DNA of 64,000 nucleotides, from positions 1,196-65,195 of IMG/VR virus record IMGVR_UViG_2788500615_000003; one strand, given 5' to 3'. Source of the DNA: a virus. Its lineage: Duplodnaviria > Caudoviricetes. Of the stretch, positions 1 to 11,000 are shown piece after piece. How positions within the stretch are numbered: position 1 is the stretch's first letter; every line of letters starts with the position of its first letter. The translations under genes and the position numbers were made by a program. The notes under the pieces were generated by a model. The model saw only the letters and a list, made by a program, of their open reading frames with translations. It did no database searches and was not told the origin of the DNA.

Positions 1-190
1 ATTTCGTCGTTGCATGCGAAGCAGGGAAGAATGGCGCGCCGCAGTAGCTACGGCACAGGGGAAATCCTCCCAATGGGTTGTGCATCCCTGTAAGAGAATG
101 TTCCAACACTGGTTCGTTGCCCCCTGCACCGCCAGCCCGCCGTTCTTCTCGCACTGCCGCAAAAAATTGAACTCCACTTACATCCCAAGC

Positions 191-931
191 ATGTACCCGC
201 ACATCGTTTCGCTGCGACCAGCGAATGGCGGCGTCAATAATCTTGGATTTGGCAAAGATACCCAAAATCAAGAATATTTGTTAAAGGCGGGCGCGCAAGT
301 TTGCATTGCGGAGTTTGTCGGGGCTGCTCTTTGTGAAGCAGTGGGAATAGAGCACTGCCAGCCTAAAGTTGTGACAATGACCAATTTGGATGGAGCCAAA
401 GTGCATGTATTTGGCTCAGTGCTCGAACCAAGTTTGCTCAACTTCAACATGCGGGATATCGCGGAATGGCAAACAGTTTTGGCAATGATGCCGAGAAGCC
501 CGTTCTTTACCAAAGTGCTCGCTGTTGACTTATCGCTCGGCAATGATGACCGCCATCAAGACAATTGGCTTGTGAGGGCACCATCAAAAGATTCATTTCA
601 ACACGAAATGCTTGCGATGGATTTTTCGAATTCGTGGCCGGTTTGCATACCCCCGCACCATCCCCGCAAACACCCGGCGCCGAATACGTGGAGATTTGTC
701 CGACTTTGGAGCATCCTGGGAATTACGTTTGATCACGAGCATTTTCGCTCGATTTGTGCGAAAATCTCGTCTCTTGACTCCGCATGGATAGCGGGTGTTC
801 TTACCCCACTTGTTGGCATTTGGCTTACACACTCTGACCAGCAGCAAATCATAGACTGGTGGAATTCCAAGTGGCAGGCGCATCTGATTGATGTGATTAA
901 TGCTCTTGAAACTGATGGAGATTGGCAATGA
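191..931 (+). CDS. HipA-like / PI3K-like kinase (HipA_2 type)
   Basis: Motifs YLLK, IAEFVG, catalytic loop GNDDRHQDNW and metal-binding MDFS. Start at ATG 191 is preferred over 14. Lower GC than the phage. Confidence 0.8.
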   Translation: MYPHIVSLRPANGGVNNLGFGKDTQNQEYLLKAGAQVCIAEFVGAALCEAVGIEHCQPKVVTMTNLDGAKVHVFGSVLEPSLLNFNMRDIAEWQTVLAMMPRSPFFTKVLAVDLSLGNDDRHQDNWLVRAPSKDSFQHEMLAMDFSNSWPVCIPPHHPRKHPAPNTWRFVRLWSILGITFDHEHFRSICAKISSLDSAWIAGVLTPLVGIWLTHSDQQQIIDWWNSKWQAHLIDVINALETDGDWQ

Positions 932-1785
932 CCGAGGTCTATCACTACGTCGTTCTTCGCCTCGCACCGGATTTTCTCCGCGGAGAGGCGTTAAATGTTG
1001 GCATCGTTTTGTTCCCGATGGACAAACGGAAAGTTCCGAGCGTCATTATGATGGCGGCACTTAATAAATTGCGCGCCGTCGATGCGACTTGGGATGCAGA
1101 GCGTCTGCGTAAATGGGCAAAGAATATTGAAACGATATTACGCACCGAAATCAATCCGCAGCAAGCAGTGAATTCGCTCGGAAGTTTTGGCTTTTGCGAC
1201 CCAAAAGCAATCGGCATGTTTACAGCCGATTCAGCGACGGAAGTAACGCAAAAAGTTGCTGAAATCAAAATAACATACGTTTCAAACAAAACTAGCACTG
1301 ATCGCCAAAAGAGAGAAAAGAAAACTCGATTACAAACCGCCCTTCGTGACCAATTCAAGAAGATGCAGGTTCTTGGCGACGCTGTAGACGATATCGCGGA
1401 GCACCTAGTAGTTGCAAACGTTCCCGTTCCAGATTACCCAGAATTAAAGACTGATTTTTTGTACAAGAATGGGGTCTATCGAGTAACCCAAACTATTGAT
1501 TATCGAGTTGCGCCGGATTCATTGCACAATAAACTTTCGGAAGCGTGCGTCAAAAGCACTGCCGCAGAGCTTGCACTTAAATCGTACGGCGACGACACGC
1601 TTCGATTGGCTGTTCTCGATATCCCGGATGAATTTCGCGATGCTGCGGATAATCACGTAGATTTATTGTTATCACAGGGATTTGAAGTCTTTGACTTCAA
1701 CGATCAGCAACAAATGCTGCGATTTTATGAACTTGGTGCTCCGCCACCAAAGGGGTTGGCGCTGGATCTGCCACCGCATACATAG
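928..1785 (+). CDS. DUF3037-domain protein, partner of the kinase
   Basis: N-terminal YHYVVLRLAPDFLRGEALNVGIVL matches the DUF3037 pattern. ATGA overlap with the kinase stop. Confidence 0.8.
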   Translation: MTEVYHYVVLRLAPDFLRGEALNVGIVLFPMDKRKVPSVIMMAALNKLRAVDATWDAERLRKWAKNIETILRTEINPQQAVNSLGSFGFCDPKAIGMFTADSATEVTQKVAEIKITYVSNKTSTDRQKREKKTRLQTALRDQFKKMQVLGDAVDDIAEHLVVANVPVPDYPELKTDFLYKNGVYRVTQTIDYRVAPDSLHNKLSEACVKSTAAELALKSYGDDTLRLAVLDIPDEFRDAADNHVDLLLSQGFEVFDFNDQQQMLRFYELGAPPPKGLALDLPPHT

Positions 1786-1877
1786 AGCACGAACCACGCT
1801 TTGACACCGCTTCGCTCCCTCCCGGACTGGAGCGCTACAGTGCTTAAAGTTGGCGTGAATTTTCGGAGAGGATCGAT

Positions 1878-2405
1878 ATGGCTCCAGGTGCCCCGCGCGT
1901 GTACCTTGCAGGACCCGACGTGTTCCGACGTGATGCCGCCGCACGCTTCGCGCTGCTCACCGAAGCCTGCGACAGGCTAGGGCTGCAGGCGCTGACTCCC
2001 TCGGATGGGCTCATGCCTGCTTGGTTCACTCTCGATGAAATCGCGCGGGGCATTTGCAAGGAAAACATGGAGCTGATCCGGCAGTCGCGAGGGGTCATCG
2101 CAAACTTGGCGCCATTTCGCGGCCTGGAACCCGATTCGGGGACTGTCTTCGAAGTGGGTGTCGCCGTGGCGATGGGTCTGCCGGTGATTGCGTACGGAGT
2201 GCCGGCTGGAGCCTATGCGGATCGCGTCGGCGACGCTCTTGAACTCACACGCGCTGAAGATGGCACGCTGCGCGACCCGGAGGGGTGCATCGTGGAAGAC
2301 CTAGGCCTGCCCCTGAACCTGATGATTTCCTGCTCCGTTCGAATTGCAGCGTCGGCAGATGACGCCATCAAAGAAATGGCCGCGCTGCTGGACCAGCGAA
2401 GCTAG
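1878..2405 (+). CDS. Nucleoside 2-deoxyribosyltransferase family protein
   Basis: VYLAGPDVF and DSGTVFEVG motifs. GAGAGGA Shine-Dalgarno upstream. Confidence 0.88.
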   Translation: MAPGAPRVYLAGPDVFRRDAAARFALLTEACDRLGLQALTPSDGLMPAWFTLDEIARGICKENMELIRQSRGVIANLAPFRGLEPDSGTVFEVGVAVAMGLPVIAYGVPAGAYADRVGDALELTRAEDGTLRDPEGCIVEDLGLPLNLMISCSVRIAASADDAIKEMAALLDQRS

Positions 2406-2439
2406 CCAATCAGGTCCGCCTGCCCATATCCTTCAGGAC

Positions 2440-3165
2440 ATGTGCAGCAACTACGAAGCCGTGACTCGCGCCGACAGGCTGCTGTCCTTCTTCGGCGTAG
2501 TGCGCGAGGGCGACGAAAAGCCTGTGATCGCATGGCCGACCGGCATGGCGCCGTTCATCAGGCTGGCGGAAGATGGCTCGGGCAATCGACGCGTGGACGA
2601 TGGTGCTTTCGGTCTGGTGCCAGCGTTCGCGAAGGAGCTGGCGTACGGACGCCGGACCTACAACGCGAAGTCGGAAACCGTCTCGAAGCTGCCGAGCTTT
2701 CGCAATGCCTGGCGCCGTGGGCAGCGTTGCATCGTGCCCGCCGAAGGCATCTTCGAACCCTACTACGAGACAGCTGATGCGAAGCCGGTCCGCTGGCGAA
2801 TCCAGCAGCCTGGCGAGGTGCCGTTTGCCATCGCCGGCATCTGGGAGAAGTGGGTGGATACTGAGACTGGCGAAGATGTGTTCAGCTTCGCGATGCTGAC
2901 GGTGAACGCTGATGGGCACCCGGTGATGTCGCGCTTTCACAAATGGGGGGAAGAAAAGCGCATGGTCATCATCCTCGACCACGACCAGCAAGACGAGTGG
3001 CTCACCTGCCCTGTGCAGCAAGCGCCCAAGTTCTTCCGGCGGTGGATGGGCCAGATGGAGACGTTCCCAGCACCGTTGCCGCCTCGCGCGAAAAAGGCAA
3101 CGACGCCTTCTCCCCCGCTGGCAGTCGAGCCACCTGACGGACCTGAAAAACCCGAGCTGTTCTAG
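2440..3165 (+). CDS. SOS response-associated peptidase (SRAP/YedK/HMCES family)
   Basis: Starts MCSNY (Cys2). TYNAKSET, RCIVPAEGIFEP and FH...KRM motifs. Confidence 0.92.
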   Translation: MCSNYEAVTRADRLLSFFGVVREGDEKPVIAWPTGMAPFIRLAEDGSGNRRVDDGAFGLVPAFAKELAYGRRTYNAKSETVSKLPSFRNAWRRGQRCIVPAEGIFEPYYETADAKPVRWRIQQPGEVPFAIAGIWEKWVDTETGEDVFSFAMLTVNADGHPVMSRFHKWGEEKRMVIILDHDQQDEWLTCPVQQAPKFFRRWMGQMETFPAPLPPRAKKATTPSPPLAVEPPDGPEKPELF

Positions 3166-3542
3166 CTGCGAAGGCCGGCGGTAGGAACGTCCGACAGAGC
3201 ACGGACCGGCAATCCGATGAGGGGGGAGGCGGCTACCGCGTCCTGCTTGGCGGCCTGCCCCTTCTGGAAGGGCATCCAGGTGCAGAACGCCTCCGCCGGG
3301 CGGTCGCCGGTCAGCTCTTCGTGCACGAGTCGCACGCTTGTTCGGCTATGGCTTGCGCCATTGGCGTCGAACACGGCAAGGTTCACCATGGTTTCGCTCC
3401 AGACGTGAGCAATGATGGCCGCGAGAGGCGCGTCACACTTAGGGGACGCGAAGCCAGCCTCACCTGTCAGCAGTGAAGGAAAGAACCAGACGACGCGACC
3501 CACGGTGGGATTGATGAGGGGTTGGGACATGAAGACTTTCAC
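3162..3542 (-). CDS. Phage hypothetical protein
   Basis: PTVGRVVWF start typical of small phage proteins. GTGA overlap with the upstream gene; alternative ATG at 3530. Confidence 0.75.
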   Translation of the reverse strand: MKVFMSQPLINPTVGRVVWFFPSLLTGEAGFASPKCDAPLAAIIAHVWSETMVNLAVFDANGASHSRTSVRLVHEELTGDRPAEAFCTWMPFQKGQAAKQDAVAASPLIGLPVRALSDVPTAGLRS

Positions 3543-3838
3543 TGCATGCCGGCGTCCGGCCGGCGCGGTTTGATGGGCGTGCGGCAGTTCTCCAGGGCTG
3601 TGAGCAGCTCGCCCTCATAGCCCTCGCGCCGCTCCAGCTCGGCTAGTGCCGCGCGTACGAAGTCGTCCACGGTGACGCCGAGACGCAGCGCTTCGGTTGG
3701 CATAGCCGGCCGCGCCGGCACCGGTTCCTTGCACTCCACTGGAACGGCGACATTCACCTGCTGCAGCTCCACACGCGCCCGCGGCGCGGTGCAGCCGGCT
3801 ACAAACACGACGGCCGCAAGAAGGCATAGGCGCTTCAT
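3539..3838 (-). CDS. o-spanin-like lipoprotein (Rz1-like)
   Basis: MKRLCLLAAVVFVAG-C lipobox, Pro-rich, last gene of the lysis cassette. Confidence 0.75.
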   Translation of the reverse strand: MKRLCLLAAVVFVAGCTAPRARVELQQVNVAVPVECKEPVPARPAMPTEALRLGVTVDDFVRAALAELERREGYEGELLTALENCRTPIKPRRPDAGMQ

Positions 3839-4200
3839 GGCGTTGCCCTCGCCTTCAACCAGCCGTCGATACGCGCCTGTGCGCTCGCGCAAACGTTGCC
3901 CGGTACCGCCGGCGGCGCGCTCAGGATCTGGTCGGCGCGCTGCTTGTGCTGGTCGGAGCGACCGGCCGCTGCCGTGCGCGCAGCCGACGCCTCGCGGCCT
4001 CGCTGGTCGGCCAAGGTGCGCAGGTCATCGAGCGCATCGCTGCAGGCGCTCGCGGCCGCGCGCGCGCCGTCGCGTTGTTCTGTTGCCTGACCGGCATTCG
4101 CAACCGCGGCCACTGTGTCGTCACGCTGGCCGAGGTACAGCCACCCCAGCAGGCCGTTGCAGGCCAGGCTGACGACAAGGGCGATCAGCACCGGGTTCAC
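3835..4200 (-). CDS. i-spanin-like protein (Rz-like)
   Basis: GTG start, N-terminal TM helix (PVLIALVVSLACNGLLGWLY), Ala-rich coiled region, directly after the endolysin. Confidence 0.75.
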   Translation of the reverse strand: MNPVLIALVVSLACNGLLGWLYLGQRDDTVAAVANAGQATEQRDGARAAASACSDALDDLRTLADQRGREASAARTAAAGRSDQHKQRADQILSAPPAVPGNVCASAQARIDGWLKARATP

Positions 4201-4733
4201 GGCTGCGCGCCCCAGTTCAGGCACAGTTCTTCGGTGGTGCCGCGACGGTCTAACAGGCCTGGCAGCTGGACCAACTGGCCCTTGACGCGGCCGCTCACCC
4301 AGCGGGAAAGCTCGTCGCAGCCGCCCGCGATGTCTCCGCGGTTGAACTTCGCACGCAGCGTGGAATTCAGCGTCTTCTCGTTGGCGCCCAGGTTGTAGAA
4401 CCAATCGATGAGTGCGGCCTGCTGCCACTTGTTGAGCCGGTCGAAGTTGTTGATGTAGCGCCGCGCGGCCGCCTCGGCGATGGCAAGGTGCTTGCGCTCC
4501 AACACATCGCACTCGGCCCGCGTGTACAGCTTGCCGGACACGACCTCGGCGCCGGTGACACCGCGGCAGACGGTGGGCACGCCTCCGGTGTCCTTGTAGA
4601 CACGGTGGTACGTGACGCCATCGCGCACCACTGTCGGGCCATCGCCCTCGTACCAGTCTCGCAGCACTCCGGCGATGGCGAGCGCGCCTGCGCCGCCGGC
4701 CAGGATCAAGCGATTTCGCAGCGTCGCGTTCAC
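4197..4733 (-). CDS. Endolysin, GH24 lysozyme with probable SAR anchor
   Basis: YEG...YKDTGGVPTVCRG catalytic E-D-T triad, FYNLG and RW...LPGL..RR motifs. Gly/Ala-rich N-terminal anchor. Confidence 0.92.
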   Translation of the reverse strand: MNATLRNRLILAGGAGALAIAGVLRDWYEGDGPTVVRDGVTYHRVYKDTGGVPTVCRGVTGAEVVSGKLYTRAECDVLERKHLAIAEAAARRYINNFDRLNKWQQAALIDWFYNLGANEKTLNSTLRAKFNRGDIAGGCDELSRWVSGRVKGQLVQLPGLLDRRGTTEELCLNWGAQP

Positions 4734-5044
4734 TTGAACACGCCCTTGAATGCCGCCCACAAGCTCAATGCGGCGGCGCCCAAGCCCAGAATCGCCGCGA
4801 CCGGCTTGGCGAGCTTGCCCAAGCCTTCCAGTGCCTTAAAGCCATTGGCGGCGAGCGCGAACAGGCTGATGACCTCGCGCGTGTTCGATTCCACGCGTTC
4901 GGTGGCTTCGGTGTTGGCCTTCAGACTCTGCTCGATGCGCGCCATGCGGGCGTCGCCGGCATCCAGCCGCGCGTGGATCGCAGCGATTTCCTCGCTGTGC
5001 GTACCGGGCGCGGCCGGCGAATCGGGTTGGTTGCCTGTTGACAT
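4730..5044 (-). CDS. Putative holin/lysis membrane protein
   Basis: Coiled N-terminus plus a C-terminal TM helix. First gene of the lysis cassette. Confidence 0.6.
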   Translation of the reverse strand: MSTGNQPDSPAAPGTHSEEIAAIHARLDAGDARMARIEQSLKANTEATERVESNTREVISLFALAANGFKALEGLGKLAKPVAAILGLGAAALSLWAAFKGVFK

Positions 5045-5052
5045 GGACCGCT

Positions 5053-5096
5053 ACTCTGAGCGGCCTACGTAACTTTGCGAAACCCTACAAGGGGTT
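5053..5096 (-). promoter_or_regulatory. Late promoter box 1 (CCCCTTGTAGGGTT-N22-CAGAGT) for the lysis cassette
   Basis: Copy of the repeated box. ATG lies 8 nt after the -10 hexamer. Confidence 0.7.
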
Positions 5097-8000
5097 CACG
5101 GCCAGTTCTGCACGGGTGCGCGCCAGGTCCTCACGCATCTGCGAGCGCATGGCCTTCGGCGCCGTGTCGGCGATGCGTTGGTCCTTGGACTTCGACATTT
5201 CGCGGACGCGCTTCATGATGTCCGGCACCCGGACGACCATCAGTTGATCGGGATTCTTCGCGTTCCAGTCCGCGATGGCGGCCCTGGCCGCCTGCACCTT
5301 GTCGTCGTCCTTCTCGAAGATGCCGGCCGCCCACTGCGCGCGGATCTCCTGCGCCCGCAGGTTGTAGAAGCCCTTCGCGCGCTGGTTCAAGCTGTTCGCC
5401 TCCTGGATTGTCGCCACGCTCTGCGGCTGGAAGCCAATGGCCTTCAGCGCCGCTTCCATGTGGCTGGTGTCCAGCACCTTGTAGCCCTTCGCGTCGCGGT
5501 ACATGCCGGTCGCAGCCATGTCAGCGCCCTTGGCGGCGTTGCGCACCGCGGCGGGCGACATCTCCAGCAAGCCGGCACCGATGTCTCCCGTAAGCACGTT
5601 GCGTCCACCGGACAGGATTCGGCTCGCGAAGTCGCCGGCAGGCCCCGCGATCTCCAGCACGTCGCGCGTGTGGCTGGTCTTCTCCTGCAGCAGGCCGGTG
5701 CCGGGGATCAGGTTGCCCATGCCCAGGCGGCCGGACACATCGAGCGGTGCTCCGGGCAAGCCGCTGATGCCCTTGTCCAAGAAGTCGGCGATGCCCTTGG
5801 GCAGCATTGCCTCCAGCACCTCCTGCCGCGCCTTCTTCGCCGAGAAGTTGTAGCCGAGCATCTGTGCCAGCGCATCGGCCACATCGTCCAGGTCTTCCGC
5901 GAACGGCAGTCCGCCGGCGCCGCCCATCACCATGAGCATGCCCAGAGCCAGCAGCGCAGCTTTCTTGCCCTCGGGGCCGCCCTGCGTGTACATGCGGTGC
6001 AGCAGCTCCAGATAGGCCACGCTGTACGTCTTGAACGTCATCAGCGTGCCGCCGACCGCGCCGCGCGCCCAGCTCATCTTGTTGGCCTTGCTGTAGAGGA
6101 ACTGGGTTTCGGTCACGGCCTGCTTCGCGAAGCCCGCCGGATCTTCCGCGCCGCGCTCGCGCGCCATGCGGTACGCGGCGATGAAGGTGATGCGCCGATT
6201 GACCTGCTCGGCCGCGCCGAAGACCTTGCCCCACGCCAGCGACAGGCGCGACAGCGCGTTCTGGCCGACGGCGCGTGCATCGCCGAGCCGCGTACCATCG
6301 CCCGACCGCAGCGAGCCAGAGCCGCGCGCCTGCGCCATCAGCTGGTGCACCTCTTGCGGGCTGACCGTGCCATCGTCTTCCGCATCCTTCAGCGCCATTG
6401 CCAAGTCGGCTTCGTAGCTGAAGCCCTTCGTCGCCATCTGCTTCGCGGCGGTGGCCAGCGCGCCGGCAGCCTTGCGGGCGCCGCCGAACTGACTGAGCCA
6501 CGGAAAGGTCACGGCGGCCGGCTGCGTCATGTTCACGAACGCCGAAGCGATGGAGCCACCCAGATACTGCGCGAACAGCAGCCCGCGCACGGCCTGCGCT
6601 TCCTCTTGTGGGTTCTTCACGTACTCGGCAAGGCGCACCGCCACGTCCTTCAGCTCGCCCTGCTCCTTCGGGATGTTGTTGACCGCATCGCCAAGATCGC
6701 CCATGTGCAGGCCCGCGGCGGTCTGGCGCGAGTTGGAGTAGATGAACGACGCCAGCACGCGGCCCACGTCCTCGCTGAAGCCAGCGATGCCCTGCCGATG
6801 GATCAGGCGCCGCATGGCGCTGCGGTTGGTCTTGGTCAGGCGCAGGTACTCCTGGAAGGCGTGGTCCTGCGCGCTGTCGCCCGTCGAGTCGAGGCCCAGC
6901 ATGTTGCCGAACACCTCCAGGCTCTCCGGCGTCACGCCGGCGAAGAGCTTGAAAGCCTCGTTCGACAGCGTGCCCTGGCTCACCGCGGCATCGCCGAACT
7001 CGGTGCGCATCTTGGCCGCCATCACGTTGGCCTCGCGCGCCGTCTCAAACAGGCCGAAATACTGACGCTCGCCATCAGCCACCACATCCACGGTGTACTG
7101 CCCGAAGCGCGACAGCGGCGCATACCCGCGACCCTGCAGCTCCGCCACCTTGTCGGCGCGGTCGATGATGCCGTTTGCCGCGTTGAGCAGTTGCGTGGCG
7201 CGGTCGGGCTGCTCGTTTGACAGGTCGATCAGGTGGTCACGGATCATGACAGCGGCAGCCTGCGCATCCGCCGCGTCCATCACCTGATCCTTGATCGCCT
7301 TCACGTCGTCGCCGCCGAAGCGCAGCATGTCGGCTCGGGCCATCGTGTCCAGGCTGCGGTCGGTCGCGGCACGGAACTCCTTGTAGAGCCCGATCTGCTG
7401 ATCCGTTAGGCCGAACATGCTCTGCAGCTCGCTGTCCGACCACACCACGCCGGGTTGCAGCATTCGCGACTCGTAGCGCGACGTGATCTCCTTTTCGTAG
7501 GACTCCAGGGGCATGCCCTTCCACGCCTTGAGCATGTTGGCATCGATCTGGTTGTTGCGCAGGAGGCGCTGCGCCTTCTGGTCCACCGTCATCGCGGCTG
7601 CTGCATCGACCAGGCTCTGCACCGGCACGGCCTTGCCCGACTCGTCGCGCGCCCAAGACAGCGTGCCCTCGAACACCGGGCGCGCCAGCGCCTTGTTGTC
7701 GGCCGCGGTGATGGGCGACTTCGTGATGTCGCGCCACGCCTCCAACTTCGGAAGCAGCCGCGGCGCCAGCTCAGACGCATCGGTGGCGAAGTGGCTCACG
7801 TCGTCCACAAAGCCCTGGGCCGCCTCGAACACCGGCTTGAACGCCGGCGCGCGCTCGGCGAGGTTGTACATCGTGCCAATGGTCTTGTGCCACCAGGAAA
7901 TCTTGCCCGGCGCCGAGAACGTTTTGTTCAGCTCGGCGGTGGCAGTCCGCGCATATTCCGACATCTTCGAGCGGCTGAACATGGCTTCGGGCTCGGAGGC

Positions 8001-11000
8001 CTCCGCCACGTCGCGACTGAATGCCGCGCCGCGCACGCCACCGCCGCCGTTCGGACCGCCCTGCTCCACGAAGCGCCGTGCCGGCAGGATGTAGTTCCGG
8101 ATGATCTCGTCGTCGGACAGCCGCAGGTTGCGGAAACCGGGCACTTTCTCGCGCAACCAGGTGCGGATCGCTGCGACGGCGCGGCGCACAAAGTGCACTT
8201 CGGGCGTGTCCTGCGCCATCTCGGCCAGCACTTCTTCTGCGGCCGCTCGGCGGTCCAGCTTGTTGACGCCGCGCAACCCGTATTCCTTGACCTTCGCGTC
8301 AACGTCGGCGCGGCGCATTGTGGCGACCTGGTTCAGGATGCCGTTCAAGTCCTTCCCAAACACTCCGCGCAGACCGTGATGGCCGAGCGCCTCGTGGAAG
8401 AGCACCCGGGCAGCGTCCGCCGGCGTCGCTAGGCGCGATGCCATCAGGTAGACCTTCCCGCGGTAGTAGAAGCCCTCCGGCGCGCCGCGGGCGCCGCCGC
8501 TACGCTGCTTCAGGTCGGCGCGCCGCGCGGCCTCCGGAATGACCGGATCGCCCATGTCGAACGCCACCACCACCTCAGGGCCATTGGCCCAGGCATTGCG
8601 GATCGCATCCGTGGTGCGCTCCACCGACTGCACCGCCTGCATGCGCGCGGCCGGGCTGAATGCCGAGCTGGTGCGAGACTTCGGGCGGCTGTACGCTGGC
8701 ATCGGCTCGGGCGCTGCCTGTCGCGCTTCACGCCCCTGCACGAACTGGCGGGCCGGCAGCAGGTAGCCCTGCACGATGTCCGCATCCGTCAGTGCAAGCT
8801 GGCCGAAGCCAGGCACATTGACGCGCAACCAGTTCCGGATGGCTGCGATGGCGCGCTCCACCAAACCCAGCGTCGGCTCCGTCTGTGCCATCTCCGCCAG
8901 CACTTCCTCGGCCGCATTGAGGCGCTGCGCGACATTGTCAAAGTCGAGGCCGTACTGCTCGGCCTTGGCGCGTACGTCGGCCTCGCGCAAAGTCGCCACC
9001 TGCTGCAGCACCGGATCCAGCGCCTTGCCGAAGACACCCCGCAGACCGTAGTGGCCCAGGGACTCGTGCAGCAGCACACGCGCCACGTCCTCCTGCGACG
9101 ACAGCTGGCCGGCGACGACGTAGGCTTTGCCGCCGAAGAAGAAGCCCTCGGGCTCACCCTCGGCGCCCTGTGACTTTTGCTCGGCGTCGTGCTCGCGCAC
9201 GCGCTGCGGCACGGCTGGGTCCTGCATGCTCTGCACCACGACCACCTCGGGGCCGTTCGCCCAGGCGCTGCGGATGGCGTCGGTAGTGCGCTTCGCGTCG
9301 GCAACCGACATGCCCGCGCCGCCGCCGTTGCTGAAGGCTGGGTTATTCGCGCGGCGGTAGCCACCCAGCTGCTTCTCCGTTAAAATCTTTTGGCGCCCTC
9401 GAAGCGCAGCCTGTCCGGGGAATTGGCCCCCGGCGCGCTGCCAAACTTCGGGGGCGTTTTTCGTATCCACGTACAGAAGCTGCCCGCTGGTCGCCAGGTA
9501 GCCCGGCGACGGCAGGCCGCCGGTGGTCTTTGCATAGGCCGTCACCAACAGCTGGAACGGCTCGGAGTGACCGCGGCGTGCAGGTGTCGGGTTCGGCTCC
9601 ACCACCAGCATTACCGGGTAGCCAGCGATGGTCTCGGGCGCGATCACGATCAGGCGATCCGATTTGCCGCCATCGCGATACACAGCAGCTGGGCTCTCCA
9701 GCCAATCCGGCACCTTCTTCCACGCCGCCGCCGTCATCTCGGGGTGCGTGGTCATGCTCTCGCGCAGGTGCGACTCGTTGAGCATCATCGGCACCTTCGG
9801 GTAGCCCAGCAGGCCCATCACGTCCGAGGAATCGAGGATGCGCGTGCCCGTGGCAGCGTGGCCGCCGGCAAACAGCGCATCGATGCGCGCTTCGAATGCG
9901 CCGCGCGTGTTGTTCGAGCGGCTGAACAGCGCCACGTTTCCGTCGTCGCCCTCTCGCGTCTGGATGATGCCCACGAGCTTGTCGAGCGCCTGGTTGATCG
10001 CCACGCGCTCGGCGCCGTGCGGAAAGGGGCGCTTGACCCCCCAGGGCGTCAAGATGCCGGCGTTCTCCGGACCGTAGTTCAGGAACGGACTTGTGCCACC
10101 ACGCTCCGCGATCTTGTCCTCCACGTAGCCCTGGAAGGCTCGCGCGGCCATCTCGTGCGGCGTGGTCCAGTAGTCCTGCCCGCGGCCCTGGTCCAGCTCG
10201 CGCGCATCCATGGCGAAACTGGTTGGCACAGCGCGTGTCTTCTCGGTGCTCTCCTGCGCGTCGGCCAGCATCTTCAGGCGCTGGCTGTAGCGCTGCATGT
10301 CGCCGCGCAGAGCATCCAGTGTGCCTTTCTGATCTGCGCTGAACCCAGCCTGGCCGCGCACAGCCTTCAGGATGCCGCTCATCTTCTCCAGCACGTCATT
10401 GGTCCAGCGGAAGCCGGACAAACGCGCGGCGGCCTTGGGGTTCTTCGACTGCACTCGCAGTTCCAGCGCCTCGCCGTTGACGATCTGTTGGGCCAGCGTG
10501 TCGAACTCTGCCAACTGCTCGGCCGTGGCCGGCTTGTTGTTGCGCTTGAAGTAGTCGGGCAGCTTCTCCGAGAGGTTTTTCCGAATGCTCGCCAGCCGGT
10601 CCTCGACCTCGTTGCGCGACGTCGCGACGAACTTGTCCGCCCTGGCCGTGTCTTCGGTGTACTGCTCGGCCTTCCGCGTGATGGTGTTCATCAGGTCGCG
10701 GTAGGCATCCTGGACCTCTGCGCGCATGCCCGAGCGCTCCCCGCGCGTGCCACCGCTGGCCGCATTGCGCTCGAAGTCACTGTTCACCTCGAGCGAGCGT
10801 GTGCCATCCTTGCCCGTCACCCACTCGGTGGGCGCCTTGCCATCCTGTCGCCCGAAGTAGTGGTCCATGGCATGGAACCATTCGTGTGCCAGGGAGCCAG
10901 CGCCGTTCATCTTCGTCAGGTTGATGACGGCCTTTTCAGGTTCGTAGTGGGCGCGCGCGCCGCTCAAGCCACTGCCTCGGGCGCCGAACGCCAAGGCAAG

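Noticed and set aside
1826-1841. LexA box upstream of the NDT/SRAP genes (ACTGGAGCGCTACAGT)
   Set aside because: Spacing is CTG-N8-CAG rather than the canonical CTG-N10-CAG.
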